Assembly (NCBI GenBank): GCA_951406725.2
Contig: OX597830.1
Span: forward strand, 67,580,001 to 67,644,000
Source of the DNA: Octopus vulgaris
Lineage: Eukaryota
Reading direction: 5' to 3'
DNA: 64,000 bases
Part shown: positions 25,415 through 38,224 of the stretch, in pieces
Numbering within the stretch: the first letter of the stretch is position 1
Layout: every line of letters begins with the position of its first letter
Position numbers and translations under genes: made by a program
Notes under the pieces: generated by a model
The model's input: only the letters and a program-made list of their open reading frames with translations
Told to the model about the DNA's origin: nothing
The model's database searches: none

Positions 25415-27862
25415 TTCTTTCCCAGTTTTCAGAGTTGGCACTGTAAATGTAGGCACATTGAAAAGTAGGGATAGCTAGATTGTAGAGAAGCTTGAATGGA
25501 GAAGTGTTGATGTATGTTGCATACAAGAGGAATGTGGAAAGGAGCTTCAACCAGAGTCCTCACAGGCAAAGCACATAGGTATAAACTCTTCTGAGAAGGT
25601 AATAGTGATGGAATAAGGGGTGTGGGCATACTTCATGCAGAGAAATGGTTTTAGGGTGTGGAATCAAGGTCTAGATTTGAAGGACCTTAGGGTTAACCTA
25701 GCAAAAGCCAAAGTCTTAGTAAGTAGGAAAGCAGACAAGACACAAACCCCTTCAAGTAGATGGCCCTGTTCGATCTGTAGAAAAGGCATGGGTAGAAACT
25801 CCATACGATGTACCTAGCGTAAGCTATGGAGCAATATCAAAGGAAGGTGCAGCAATATCAAAGGAAGGTTTACTGGGAAGGTAGTTTTTGTGTGTGGCAG
25901 ATGTACAGGGGCAATAAACACTGAAGATATACAGAAAACAGATTCCATCACATGCCATGGGAAAAAGCTAGTAGTTAATAGCTTCTGCTACATAGGTGAC
26001 CAAGTCTGTAGTAGGAGTGGATGCTCTGAGAGTGTAGTGGCTAGAATAAGAATAGCCTGGGAAAAGTTCAGGGAGCTCCTACCTCTGCTGGCAACTAAGG
26101 GCCTCTTGCTCATGAAAACTGCCATGCTACATCAAGTGTAAAAACAGGATCACATGTGGTCGTATTGTGTAGGGAATACAATCGCACGCGGTCCCATTCT
26201 TAATGAATTATTACAAGTCATAAATACATGCAGTAACAATAGAGCATAAGTGAATTGGTGACAAGTCTTGCTGTTGGGAGATAAATATTATTTATTTTAC
26301 ATATTTTACAACTGTGTCAACGTCAGGAGCTGGTAAGCGTTAGTATGGTTTTGTGTCTGTGTGTTCGTGTGCCGTGAAGCATACAAAAAGGTACTGAACA
26401 TAGAATTAACAATGGAACTTAGTTTACTGTTCATATGGCAAGGTGTTGGAATCTACTCGAGGTCGATACATGACGGTAGCGGTGGACGGCGAATATAGCA
26501 GGCTTTCAGTGTTTGTATAGATTAGCGTAGCAACAGGTAGTAGCAGAGACAATCGCATATCTCTAAGTTGAGCAGCAGGTGGCCTAAGTTAGTTCTTAGA
26601 AGAACTGGAACTAAAGACGAAAAGTGTCTGAAAACACTCCTTTATATACCGTTTGGGTGGCTCAAACGAACTTCAGAAATGGAATCTTACCAAAGGCTGC
26701 GATTGGTTGGCTTGGAACAATGACGCGAAATATGTAGAGACAAACCGCGTCACATGTCAACCAGTGGCGCGAACTATGTAGAGACCACTCGTGTCATATG
26801 TCAACCAATCAGGTTAGTGTTTACCACAAGAACAAGTTGGCCAAAGATGGTTGTAACCTCAAACAAGATCATTTCTGCCTTGCCTTTCACACAGTGAAGA
26901 TATTAGAAATCGCTATAGTCATATTTCAAAATGGCTGAAAACTGCCATGCTACACTCAGGATGAAAGGTAGATTGTATGATGCATGCATGTGAACTGCCA
27001 TGCTACACAGCAGTGAAACATGGGCCATGACTGCTGAGGACATGCATAGGCTTGAAACAAATGAAGCTAGTATGCTCTGCTGGATGTGTAATGTCAGTGT
27101 GCATACACGATAGTGTAAGCACCCTGAGAAAAAAGTTGGACATAAGAAGCATCAGATGTGGTGTGCAAAAGAGATGACTGTGCTGGTATGGTCATGTATT
27201 GTGTATGGATGAGGATAGCTGTGTGAAGTGTCACACCCAAACAGTGGGGGGAACCTGTTGAAGAGATAGACCCAGGAAGATATGGGATGAGGTAGTGAAT
27301 AACGACCTTCGAACGTTGGGCCTCACAAAGGCAATGACAAGCGACTGGGACCTTTGAAGATTTGCTGTGCTTGAGAAAACCCAGCAAAGCCAAGTGAGAT
27401 TGTAGTCGTGGCTGATAACAGTGTCACAGAACTTGTCCATTTAAGAGTACACTCAATCGTCAGGCAATATGCTGTGCTTGAGAAGATATGTTGAGTCAAG
27501 TGAAATACTAGTTGTGGCCAATGGCAGTGCCACCTGATTAGCTCTCTTCCCGGTGGCACATAAAAAGCACCATTCAGGCATGGTTGATGCCAGTGCAGCC
27601 TGACTGGCACCTGTGCTGGTGGCATGTAAAAAGCACCATTTGAGTGTGGTCGATGCCAGTCCTGCCTGACTGGACCCTGTACTAGTGGTAGATAAAAGCA
27701 CCCACTACACTCGTGGAATAGTTGGCGTTATGAACGGCATCCAGCTGTAGAAACCTTGCCAGATTAGATTGGAACCAGATGCAGCCTCCTGGATTACCAG
27801 TCTCAGACAAACCGTTCAACCCCTGCCTTCAGGGAAAGTTGATGTTAAATGATGATGATGTG
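25415..27862 (+). mobile_element. Decayed RTE-clade LINE, same family as 5657-7558 in opposite orientation, interrupted at about 26112-26954
   Basis: 'LRVNLAKAKVLV', 'WPCSICRKG', 'RIRIAWEKFRELLPLL'; 3' UTR ending gatgatgatg. Confidence 0.88.
26137..26895 (-). mobile_element. Probable solo LTR or LTR-like promoter-bearing insertion inside the RTE
   Basis: CpG-richer than flanks; minus-strand TATA (ggtatataaagg, ~26640), CCAAT boxes, duplicated ~45-bp motif at 26730-26810, AATAAA at ~26291; no TSD found. Confidence 0.45.
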
Positions 27863-27924
27863 TAACCCACATCATAAACAGCAATCCAGAAACAAGATCA
27901 TGGTACTGTTTACCTATGAGGTAT

Positions 27925-28350
27925 AGGACAATGGACAAAAATATTGTATAATGCAATTCAGAGGTAGGAAGTTAGGATAGTCTTCAAAATGGATATTTAA
28001 GCAGTTAATGTGATGGAAAGTGTATAAAGAACCCCTTTGGTCATGAATGATCATGGGATTGCACCTAGAAATTTCTCCTCTAAAGCACAAGTCTGGGAAA
28101 GGTTGTTTATGGAAAACCAACAGTCGCCCATGCATACCAGCCTCTCCTCTCTATGCCACCGATGTTATCCAACAGACAGGCAAATGCTGATACAGCTTGG
28201 TATCAGTGATGTTGCAACTCGTTTCTACAGCTGAGTGAACTGCAGCAACAAGAAATTAATTGTCTTGCTCCAGGCCACAACACACAGCATGGTCCAGGAA
28301 TCGAATTCACTATCTCATGATTGTGAGACTAACACACTACTCACTGAAAC
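27925..28350 (-). mobile_element. Decayed tRNA-derived SINE, a third family
   Basis: Reverse tRNA-like head (ttcgattcctggacc) at 28290-28350. Confidence 0.45.
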
Positions 28351-28509
28351 ATGGAGTATTCTTACTCACTTTATGACAAATATTTGGTGGAATGCTACTG
28401 TAAAATATAATAAATTTAAAGTAACATTTCAATTCAAGTAACCTACATAAATGACAACAGTAAACTACAGGAATTAGAAATAGTAAGTATAAAAAGAAAT
28501 CTGACTTAC

Positions 28510-28535
28510 GTTTCTTTTGGTTCCATATCCAAGTT
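28510..28535 (-). CDS. TRPM-like 26-nt microexon: NLDMEPKE(T)
   Basis: cattgttacag| acceptor, |gtaagt donor; phase 0 to 2, which the join of the 30631 and 22596 exons requires. Confidence 0.75.
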
Positions 28536-29789
28536 CTGTAACAATGAATGGAAGCATAACATGAGACTATAAAATACATCTGTTTTATTTTGTTTTCTTG
28601 TCTACATGTTAAAATATATTTACTGTTAATATTATCACAGTCATATCATCAGATTTCTGGTAATATTATATCTGTGTATTTAAGCTTTCATTGTAACTAT
28701 AGACTTTGTATGATAACTGAGTTTATTATCTTAATACTGGAATATAAAGAGAATGTTGCAAGTGAGAGGTGTCAACCACCATGTGATCAAACTGAAATAT
28801 TTTACAGTAGGTTCAGTTTTTTTATATTGATATATCCAGTTCAGATTAATATTCTAATAGTGTTCTTGTTACAGGGAATCTCTTGCAAAAGAGTTGCATA
28901 TATTGCTTCAAGAAAATGGAACTTGAAATATGGAAGGAATGGAGAAAATGAGTGTATACAAATTCTTTGGACATCTGAGAGTAGACAGATAAGACACAAA
29001 AAACCCCAACCAGGTGGCATGCAGAAGAGAATGAGAACTGCAGAGGATGGTTGAGTTATACAATGATTAAGATAGATGGTTGAGTTATATAGTGATTAAG
29101 ATAGTGAACTGATTGGAAGTACGATGGGTATATGCGATTTATGACAGACTGATTTCAATTTCAGCTACATTTAAAATTTGAGATTTACAACCTTTTCTCT
29201 CTATTTAAAAAAATTTGAAAATGTTTTGGCAGCTACATTTGACAGGATGAACAGCCACAAAAGGCTTTCACTTTGGCTCATCAGGCATTAAATATTATTA
29301 GTTCCGTCATATTTCTGGTACTGAATCTTTGGCTTTATTTCTGTTACTTTCACAGTCATGCCATCTGGTAATTCCTTCCAAATCTTCTGTCAACTTCAAT
29401 TAGGACACACAAAATATAAGAAGAACTATTTTAAAAATGAAATTGTAGCAGATAGAAAAGCAAGCAATCCTTCTCAAGTCACACGTGATCATCATAAATA
29501 AGAACAGGCACATTGGATAATGTAGTCCTAGATATACTGTCTGAATAAGACAATACAGTCATGGCTGTAACATTGACAATAAGTTTGTTTGATTAATGGA
29601 CTGATTCACCATTATGTTCAACTAAAATAATGAAGAAGACATTGAAAGTGAGAGGTGACAACTAGTTCAATGGAGAACATAAATTATTAAATTAAAAGAT
29701 ATAGACTAAGAGAGAGACTTCCTGTTGCTCTGAATTATAGTTGACTATTTTGATAATAAGACCAATATCATTCATACTGCTATGTAATC

Positions 29790-30360
29790 AAATAATTCTA
29801 TGGCAGCAGTGAGCCTAATTATAGCAACTCAAGATCAAGAGATAAAAACAAACAATATGAGAAAATACGTGTATAGGGAGAAGGTATCAGGAAATGTAAT
29901 CTGTGGTACATGGAATGAGACAGTGACACACAATTCTGCATAATGTCCCAAGTTGGCACAGGGAGAATATAAGAAATGGAGGCATGACAAAGTTGTGAAA
30001 GTTTTACACTGGAAGCTTTGTCAGAAATGGGGATTTGAGCTGGAGGGAGTTGGTATTATCAAAAGAGGGCTGGAGTTAGAAAAATGCAAAATGCTATGGG
30101 ATTTTTCTATTCAAATGAACAAGAATCTGGAACATAAAAGATCAGATACAAAATATAAAAATACTAGATAAAGAAAAATGAAGAACTGTAAAGAAAGCAG
30201 ATGGAAAAATATAACCTTTGAAATATGAAATTGCAAGAAAACTGTAATGGTGCATGAAAATTTTAAAGTTTGAAGGAGATTGGAAAAGATTGTCTTGGAG
30301 AGCTTCTACAGAAAGTTTGCCTGCTTCACACATAAGTTCTAACTGGAATAAGAATGAATC
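29790..30360 (+). mobile_element. R4/Dong-like (RLE-type) non-LTR retrotransposon C-terminal remnant
   Basis: 'LIIATQDQ', 'YKKWRHDKVVKVLHWKLC', 'MLWDFSIQ...HKRSD'. Confidence 0.7.
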
Positions 30361-30630
30361 TGAGTCAAATCATAATCAATAATTATTATAATATTAATGA
30401 TTTTAAATTTTTACCACAAGGGCAGCTCGTGAGAGGGGATTAAATCAATTAGATTGATTCCAGTGCATAACTGGTACTTATTTAATCAACCCAAAAAGAT
30501 GAAAGGCCAAGTCGACCTTGGAATAATAATGATAATAATAATATATCTAAGGATATTGGTAAGTATAAGCAATGATATTAAGAATATTGATAATGGTAAG
30601 CTATGACAGTAACAAAGTAACAAATATTAC

Positions 30631-30693
30631 CTGTTCCTTGGAATCAAACTTTATCAGAAATAGAAACAATGGACACAATATACAGAGCAGCAA
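30631..30693 (-). CDS. TRPM-like exon (pre-S1 helix): LLLCILCPLFLFLIKFDSKEQ
   Basis: ttctttcag| acceptor, CAG|gtaata donor; 63 nt, phase 0/0; hydrophobic 'K...C...P' pre-S1 segment. Confidence 0.88.
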
Positions 30694-31119
30694 CTGAAAG
30701 AAGAATAAAGAAAAAAATAGGAAACTGTTATTATGTTATGGTCATACATATGAACTATTTCAGGCACAAAGGAAGTAGTCCTTACTTCTGTTAGTGTTAG
30801 TATCCAATACATATGTGTGTTAAGGATTCAAAGAAATCAAGTACTTAAATGATATGCACCAGGTAGGGTCAAAATTAAACTTGTAAACAACACCTTTATT
30901 TGAATAGATACCAAAATACATTGAGTGAAAAATTCAGGTTCTGTCTACAGAGAATTTAAATATTATGAGTATTCTAATAACCTATGGGCTAATCAAAAAG
31001 TGTACATTGTAATGGTCATACATAATTTGGTATACATCAGAATATCCAACAGGTCAGGATTCCAGTAAGATGTATTATGAGCAAATAAATGAATAAGATA
31101 AAGATGAATACACGTCACT

Positions 31120-31205
31120 TCATTACAGCTGTTTCCAGTGGATTTCTTTAATAGATTAACGAGTACATTACATCATAACTAAGAAAAATCATCTTCATCA
31201 GATGA
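31120..31205 (-). ncRNA. Penelope-type minimal hammerhead ribozyme with partly decayed stem II
   Basis: Minus strand: tcat-CTGATGA-[agatgatttttctt...aagaaatccactg]-GAAAC-AGCT-GTA-atga. Confidence 0.6.
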
Positions 31206-32009
31206 TACATAAATTTCAAAACAATATAAGAACAGCACTTTACCACAGTGGTCCAGCCGAAGGTGGCTTGGAATGGGTGTAACAGCAAAGCCGGTGTAGG
31301 TGCAGTTACCTCTCATGATGGTGGCTATCTAAATAGCCCACCACTAGGTGGCACAGTATGTAACTCAGTGGTTACGGCACTTAATCCTTTCTCTTTGTCA
31401 TTGCAATCAGCAGTTTGCGAGGACATGTCTTCCTTTAGCTCTTGCATAAGGCACGCAACAGCTAATAGACATTGAGCAGCTATGATGTAGGATACACAGA
31501 AGCTGAACATGGCCTTTCACTTGTAGATACCTTTTGTGATTTATTCAACTTGTATATATTTGTGACCTGGAGTTAAAAAATTTAAAAGCTACAGCTTAGT
31601 TCTGTGGATATTCGTTGTACAGTCTCCTTTCTTCGAATTACATCTATTCCAGCTTTCTGAACAGAGTTGTTATTAGATGGTTTCACTACGTGAGTCCACA
31701 ACCATCTATACCACATGATTCATATAAGTTATACACATTTAAAGTATATATGTAACTGAAATCATAAAAAAGTATGTTATGTGGTATATGTGAACTGTAT
31801 AATATATGAAAACTAATGAATACATAAACTGTATGCTGCATCTAATCTATATACATGTCACCTGTATGGTAAATGTAAAACTATAATATACAAATATAAA
31901 CTATTCAATGTGTGTAACACATGATACAAGCAATAATGCAACTGTCTAAGAATATATACCACGTGTAGAATATTTTACATTAAAAATATATGATACATGT
32001 AAAACAAAT

Positions 32010-33160
32010 CCTGCTGAAGAAACTGTCCAATACTGGAGTCCGTGGAAAGCTGCTGTAAAGCATTTCCTGATGAACAGAATCCAACATGTTGTGTTCGAGG
32101 GAATCTGATCAAGCTCAGCCAAAGTCAGTAGTGGTGTCCCACAAGGTACTGTGTTGGGCCCACTCCTCTTCATTATCTACATCAATGACATAGCAGATGT
32201 CATCAAACATTCTACATCAAAAACCGTTGCAGTTGATTCCAAACTCCAGAAGGCCATAAATGGTATGGGAGACCAAACATGCCTTCAGTCAAATCTGTTT
32301 ACTGTTGTCTAACAGGTCGAAAAGAACAATATGCTTCTAAATGAAGATAAGTTTAATTTGATCCACTTTGGAAAAAAAAGATACTATGAAACTACCATAT
32401 GCCCTTCTTTCAGGTGACTCCCTAGTGTCATCCAGCAACACCAGAGACCTAGGAGTAATTGTTGATAACAATCTAAGCTGGAGTTCCCATGTAAACAGCA
32501 AGGTTGACTTGGCCTGCAAGATGTGCTCCTGGATTCTGAGAACTTTCTGGTCTAGAGATGCCCACACCATCATCCTTCTCTACTCTACTTTTGTCCAATT
32601 TCACCTTGAATACTGTTGCCCACTGTGGACTTCCCATATGAAGCAACTCATTATGAAAGTGGAAGCACTCCAGAGGCCGATAACAAGAAAGACAGACAGT
32701 ATGACAGGCATTAACTATTAACTCAATCTCTACTCTCTCCAATGCTGCCGGGAGTGCTATATCATTTGTGTGATGTGGAAAATATTTCATCAATATTTCC
32801 CAAATGATGTAGACATCAGTTTTAATATCCACCCAAAACTTGGCCTCCATGCTATCTGCCCACTACAAAACTCGAACTTAGGACACATAACAACATTATG
32901 ACACAACTACTTTACCTCAACTGGTCTAGCTCTCTTTAATACCATACCAAAATATGTCAAAACGGAAATGAATCCTATAAAATTCAAAAGTTCACAGGAC
33001 AAATTTCTTCTAAAAATCCCAGACCAACCTCCTACACTCAGATATGTCTCCAACAATAATAACTCTTTGCTAGTGTGGGCTATTGTGCCCCATATATGAC
33101 TAAATGGCCTCACCAAGTAGTGCTATTAAGTTAGACATGGCCTGGGCCTATATTGGCCAA
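32010..33160 (+). mobile_element. CR1-clade LINE 3' fragment
   Basis: '[20 protein letters not shown]', 'RDLGVIVDNNLSW', 'HLEYCCPLW'. Confidence 0.88.
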
Positions 33161-33236
33161 AAGTTATCAAAGTTATAATATACAAATGACACATGTAAGC
33201 TTTATCATGTATGAGAAGATAGTTTTAATTACCTAC

Positions 33237-33462
33237 CTTCCAAATGCTGTTCTCTTTTTTTATTTGTTTCATCCAAATTTTGGTCAAAACAGACTGACAG
33301 GCATCATGAGCCATAAAATTCTTATTGTTAACATTAAATGCTATTTGCATATATGAAGAATTGTCCCACATTTTCCGCTTTAGCAGTAGTAAATCTAATG
33401 TCTGTTTTTCATCTGTACACAAGCATTCATTCAAAATTCCAATGGCATGTTTTTCATAATAT
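33237..33462 (-). CDS. TRPM-like exon (MHR4/pre-S1): YYEKHAIGILNECLCTDEKQTLDLLLLKRKMWDNSSYMQIAFNVNNKNFMAHDACQSVLTKIWMKQIKKENSIWK
   Basis: aatcttag| acceptor, AAG|gtaggt donor; 226 nt, phase 2 to 0; TRPM 'A..L..ECY..D...A..LL', 'F.AH..CQ..L..IW'. Confidence 0.93.
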
Positions 33463-33643
33463 CTAAGATTAATAGAAAGTAGGTAATTGACACAAATTAA
33501 ATATTTATCAACCAATTTATCATCAATATTGATTGATTGGAGAAAAACTTAAATACATATTAAGCTGCCACAATAATTTTTCATCTTTAAATGAAATAGC
33601 ATATACATACATACATACATACATACATACATACATACATACA

Positions 33644-33677
<34 letters not shown>

Positions 33678-33700
33678 CATACATATTTATATATACTCAC

Positions 33701-33801
33701 TCAGCCTGTTCTTGAAGTTGTATAATTGTGCCATAATCATTACACTTTTCTTTCAGTGATTTGAGCAATTTATTCGCAATTAGAGCAGATGGTAAAGTGT
33801 C
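33701..33801 (-). CDS. TRPM-like exon (MHR4): DTLPSALIANKLLKSLKEKCNDYGTIIQLQEQA(E)
   Basis: ttttactag| acceptor, GA|gtgagt donor; 101 nt, phase 0 to 2; TRPM 'AL.A.KLLK.L' motif. Confidence 0.9.
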
Positions 33802-34644
33802 CTAGTAAAATGACAATTGTATCAAAATACTAAATGTGAACACATTTAATCACAATATACATAAGACAGATTAAATTAAGAGACACTAGAAAATATAAAA
33901 AAATATTTTACTATTTATTCTCTAATTATGACTTTTAACATTCTATACTATATGTGGTTTGCTCCTTATTTATCCAATACTGGTATTAAGAGAGATGATT
34001 TTTAGAAATAGCACTTTGTTGTATTCAGTTTCAAATTCTGCCAAAGTTTCATAAGTCATACCATACCACTGCAAATGAATAGCCTTGTGCTCATATAAAA
34101 AATACTGGTGAATTTACTTAACCTTGATCAATATGACTTTAGTTGTGAAAAGACATTAATATCTTCTGCCATCTAATTTTTGATTTTTAGTAATATAGTT
34201 TAAAAGGATTAATAGTTAAACAATAGAAGACCTGCACATAACTGAGTCAATAAAATGTCAGCACAGCAGCTGAAAAGTTGTTAGTACAAGAACTATACAG
34301 ACTTTGTGGTCAAAGGCTTGACTGTCTCTGGGTCAACTTTAATCTGAATCTAAATAAAAGTACTATGGTGGAGTTATAACTTGTAAGAAGTAGATGTACT
34401 GTAAATTTAATAAGTATGTTGTTATCTTGGAGTGCTGTGTTTAACTCCTCCTTTGAAACTGAAGAATTTTATGAGGTATCAGTCCAATGTTTCAACCTCA
34501 TAAAAGAGTTATGATTATCTCAGTAAACCTCAATTGTATTATTGTTCTGCTTACAGATGACAAGTGATGTCTCATATCTAATAATCACTCCTACATAAAA
34601 TTAATCTAATACTGCTTAGTAATTGCCACCCTTAGCTCTTCAAA

Positions 34645-34655
34645 TGGTGGTGGTG

Positions 34656-34722
<67 letters not shown>

Positions 34723-34723
34723 T

Positions 34724-34761
<38 letters not shown>

Positions 34762-34772
34762 TAGTAGTAGTT
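34645..34772. repeat. Compound trinucleotide repeat (GGT)n(AGT)n(AGC)n(AGT)n(AGC)n(AGT)n
   Basis: Seen directly. Confidence 0.95.
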
Positions 34773-35625
34773 AGATAATGTATGCATACTTATAAGTGTT
34801 TGTAAATGAACTTAGTTACTCTGTATAATTATGTTTGTTGTATTAACAATAAAAATTAGGATCTAATCTACCACAAGAGTCAATAAAGAAATTAGATCTC
34901 CGATAAGTACAAATTCTTGTTGAAGGAAGAGGTGTATATTTAATTTCATTTAACTGATACATAACAAATATTTGTTTTATCAACATTAGTCAAATGGAAT
35001 GCAAAGTAGAACTTCAAACTTGGAATGGACAAAGATTTAACTAGAAACTATAATATATGTTATTCAGTGGTCAACTGACTTGGCCATTTTCTCTTACAGT
35101 ATTTTCTCCTTAAAGAATGACATAGACTAGAAACTGTTGAGTTTGGTGTTCTACTCTCTTGGTGATCTCAACTGTCTTTGAAATAACTTTTGTCTAAAGA
35201 AGAAACTGCTTGAAATGTAAGGTATCTATCAGGTACTTTACTAACTTCAACATCTCAGCTATCTTTCCAATAATTTCTTCTAAAGGAAGAAGCTTCCTTG
35301 ATTTAGTAGTATGTAGTTTGGTGCTCTCTCAAAATAATAAATATGTAAATTAAGATTTTATACTCTACTGTGATCCAGTAATTCCTCAGAAGAAAAAAAT
35401 TAGGGCAACAAAGTAGCAGGAATGGTAAGGTGCCAAGCTAAATGCTTTACAATATTTTAGCTTTATTACTTTACAGTTTGTGTTGAAGAACCATTACTCC
35501 TAATTAGTTAAATATCAGTAAGGCACACATGGATGGTTAAGTGACTATACTTATTCTCTGAAAATATTTGCCCTGTGTCTAGAAAAATAAGTTATTTATG
35601 CAGCTCTTAGAACAATGTAACTTAC

Positions 35626-35714
35626 CATGCCTTCTTTCCAAAATGAAATAGCCATTTCTTTTCTGTTCAAAAATAATGCCCATAGGAACAATTTTGTTGC
35701 AAAGCAAACATTAG
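35626..35714 (-). CDS. TRPM-like exon (MHR4): NVCFATKLFLWALFLNRKEMAISFWKEGM
   Basis: tttcag| acceptor, |gtaagt donor; 89 nt, phase 1 to 0; TRPM 'LF.WAVL.NR.EMA..FW..G' motif. Confidence 0.92.
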
Positions 35715-36737
35715 CTGAAATAAGAAGCAGACAAGTAACAAATGTGATGCAATTAATTTAGATGCTAAGAAAAAAAAAAAGCACCCAGAAAATTGAAGGA
35801 AATTGTTATAGTCGTTATCAAACTAAGGTTTTCTTCACTGTTTTGCTATTTTCCAAATTTGACTATTTTCTGGACTCCTCTGAAGCAAAACAAAAAGGAA
35901 AAAATCTAGAAAATTAACTTCAGAAATATTTGACTTAGTTATTACGATCACGTTCTACAATTCTTCTAAGTCATTGCATTAATATTGGTTTCAAATTTTG
36001 GCACAATGCCATAAATTCCATGGGGAGAAGATAAATCAATTACATCAACTTCAGTGATCAACTGGTACTTATTTTATAAACCCAAAAGGAAGAAAGGCAA
36101 AGTCAGCCTCAGTGGAAATGCTGCTAAGTATTTTGCCAAGCATACTAACGATTCTGCCAGCTTGCCTCTTTAAGTCAATGCATTACTTTTAATAATAAAC
36201 GATATTTATTAGATTATCACAATCTTTGAGTAGAGGAGACAGCCAATTGAATTGTCTCCATTAAAAGGAAAAAACAAAGATGATACCAGAATGATATGAA
36301 ATAGGAACATTAAATACCACAAGGTATTCACTTTAGGATAGGGATCATTATACTAAACCACCCTTAGAGGAAAAAAATGGATTATGTGATGTTTATACCA
36401 AAATGTGTCATAGAGTTTAATGGCCTCAATCAAAATTTGAAATAGCACCACCATTTTATTCACTGCAGTATTATTTCTTTTTACACAGTGCCTTCCATAA
36501 TAATAATCCTTTCTACTATAAGCACAAGGCCTGAAATTTATGGGAAGGAGGATAGTCGATTTCATCAACCCCGGTATTTGACTGGTACTGGTACTTAATT
36601 ATTGACCCCAAAAGATGATAGGCAAAGTTGGCCCCAGTGGAATTTGAACTCAGAATATGAAGACAGACAACATTCTGCTAAGCATTTCACCCAGCATGCT
36701 AATGAACCTGCCAGCTCACCACCTTAATAATGATGAT

Positions 36738-36779
<42 letters not shown>

Positions 36780-36780
<1 letters not shown>

Positions 36781-37325
36781 GCCCTGATGCAGTACCAGGC
36801 AGTGGCTCTCATGGCTTCTGATCTTAACTGATTGGAAGTGTTATCATGTACATTGTTTTGTCTTGGTATAAAAGATGGGCTACAGCAAATATTCTGCTCA
36901 ATACCACAGATTTGCTTCTCAGTTGTTTGACCTTAACCAGTTGAGCATGTCCCTTAGTGGCTGACGTTGTGTGCATCTCTGATCACGAGCAGAAGTAGTG
37001 GGGGAGCATCATAGCCATGTGTTGAGAGCGATTCTTTGGGGTTTGGATAATTCACCTTTGGAAACATAGGTGTTTCGTTTAACATCCTTAAACAACCCTT
37101 ATTCAGGGACCTTTTGAGCAGGATCGACTACTCGACCTGAAGAAAATTCTAAGTGGGCCCCACCTGCAAGGTCATGTGCTGTTTATGAAATCACCATGTT
37201 GCGCACATATGGTTGTGATGCATGTGCCTAGTGTACCCTTATCAGACAGGTAGTCATGATGGATATACTGGGTTTTGTATATTTTACCCCAGTGTCACTT
37301 TGATGGCATGCACTGCTATCTCAAT
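36780..37325 (-). mobile_element. Non-coding retroposon (R4/Dong-associated or SINE-like) embedded in (AAT)n
   Basis: (AAT)n on both sides; its end gccctgatgcagtaccaggcagtggctc recurs inverted at 53495-53525. Confidence 0.55.
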
Positions 37326-37564
37326 AATAATAATAATAATAATAATAATCCTTTCTACTCTAGGCACAAGGCCTGAAATTTGGAGGGAGGAGACCAGTCA
37401 CTTACATTGACTCTAGTGTTTCACTGGTACTTAATTTATTGATACCAAAAGGATGAAAGGCAAAGTTGATCTTGGTGGAATTTGAACTCAGAACATAATG
37501 ACAGGCAAAATGCTGCTAAGCATTTTGTCCAGCATGCTAACAATTCTGCCAGCTTATTGCCTTC

Positions 37565-37616
<52 letters not shown>

Positions 37617-37620
<4 letters not shown>

Positions 37621-37983
37621 GAGCACTGAGAGAGTGCAAACCTCCACCAAATCAACACCAACATCCTCTCATTGTTTAGCCAGAGATGATTTTTAAAATG
37701 AGAATATCTGAAATAAACTTGACTGCTCTCACAAACAGGAATACTAAAAATGAACCCAGTTGCTCTCAAAAATAGAATTTAAAAAACAAGAAAAATAATA
37801 CAGAATCCTTGTCTGGTACTGGATCAATCCCCAAAATCTAATCAATTTGTGCCAGTCACAGGGTCAAACATCCCTGAAAGTTTCATTCAAATCCATCAAG
37901 CGATTCTTGAGATATCTTGTCCATGGACAAACAAACAAACACAACTGAAACAATACCTCCACCTTCACTAAAGTGGAGGTAAT
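37617..37983 (+). mobile_element. Non-autonomous Helentron/DINE-1-like element
   Basis: Subterminal acctccacc near the 5' end, (AAAC)n tract, 3' hairpin tacctccac...gtggaggta. Confidence 0.55.
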
Positions 37984-38224
37984 AAAAATAATAATAAAAA
38001 TAATAATGATAATAATAATAATGGTTTCAAATTTTGCCACAAGGGCAGTAGTTTTGAGGGAGGGGATAAATTGATTATATTGACCTCAGTGTTCAACTAG
38101 TACTTATTTTATCAACTCCCCAAAAAACCATGCCAAATTGGACTGGAGTCTGATGCAGCCTTCCATTTTACCAGCCCTGTTCAAACTGTCAAACCCATGC
38201 CAGAAATGATGATGATGATACACC

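Noticed and set aside
29253-29290. Hammerhead-like CTGATGA-gccaaagt-GAAA on the minus strand
   Set aside because: The residue at the cleavage position would be G and stem I cannot form; at best a dead remnant.
31338-31354. CTCF-like ccactaggtggcac
   Set aside because: A single short motif in probable repeat DNA; a similar ccactaggtgg lies in the 46389 hairpin; no evidence of function.
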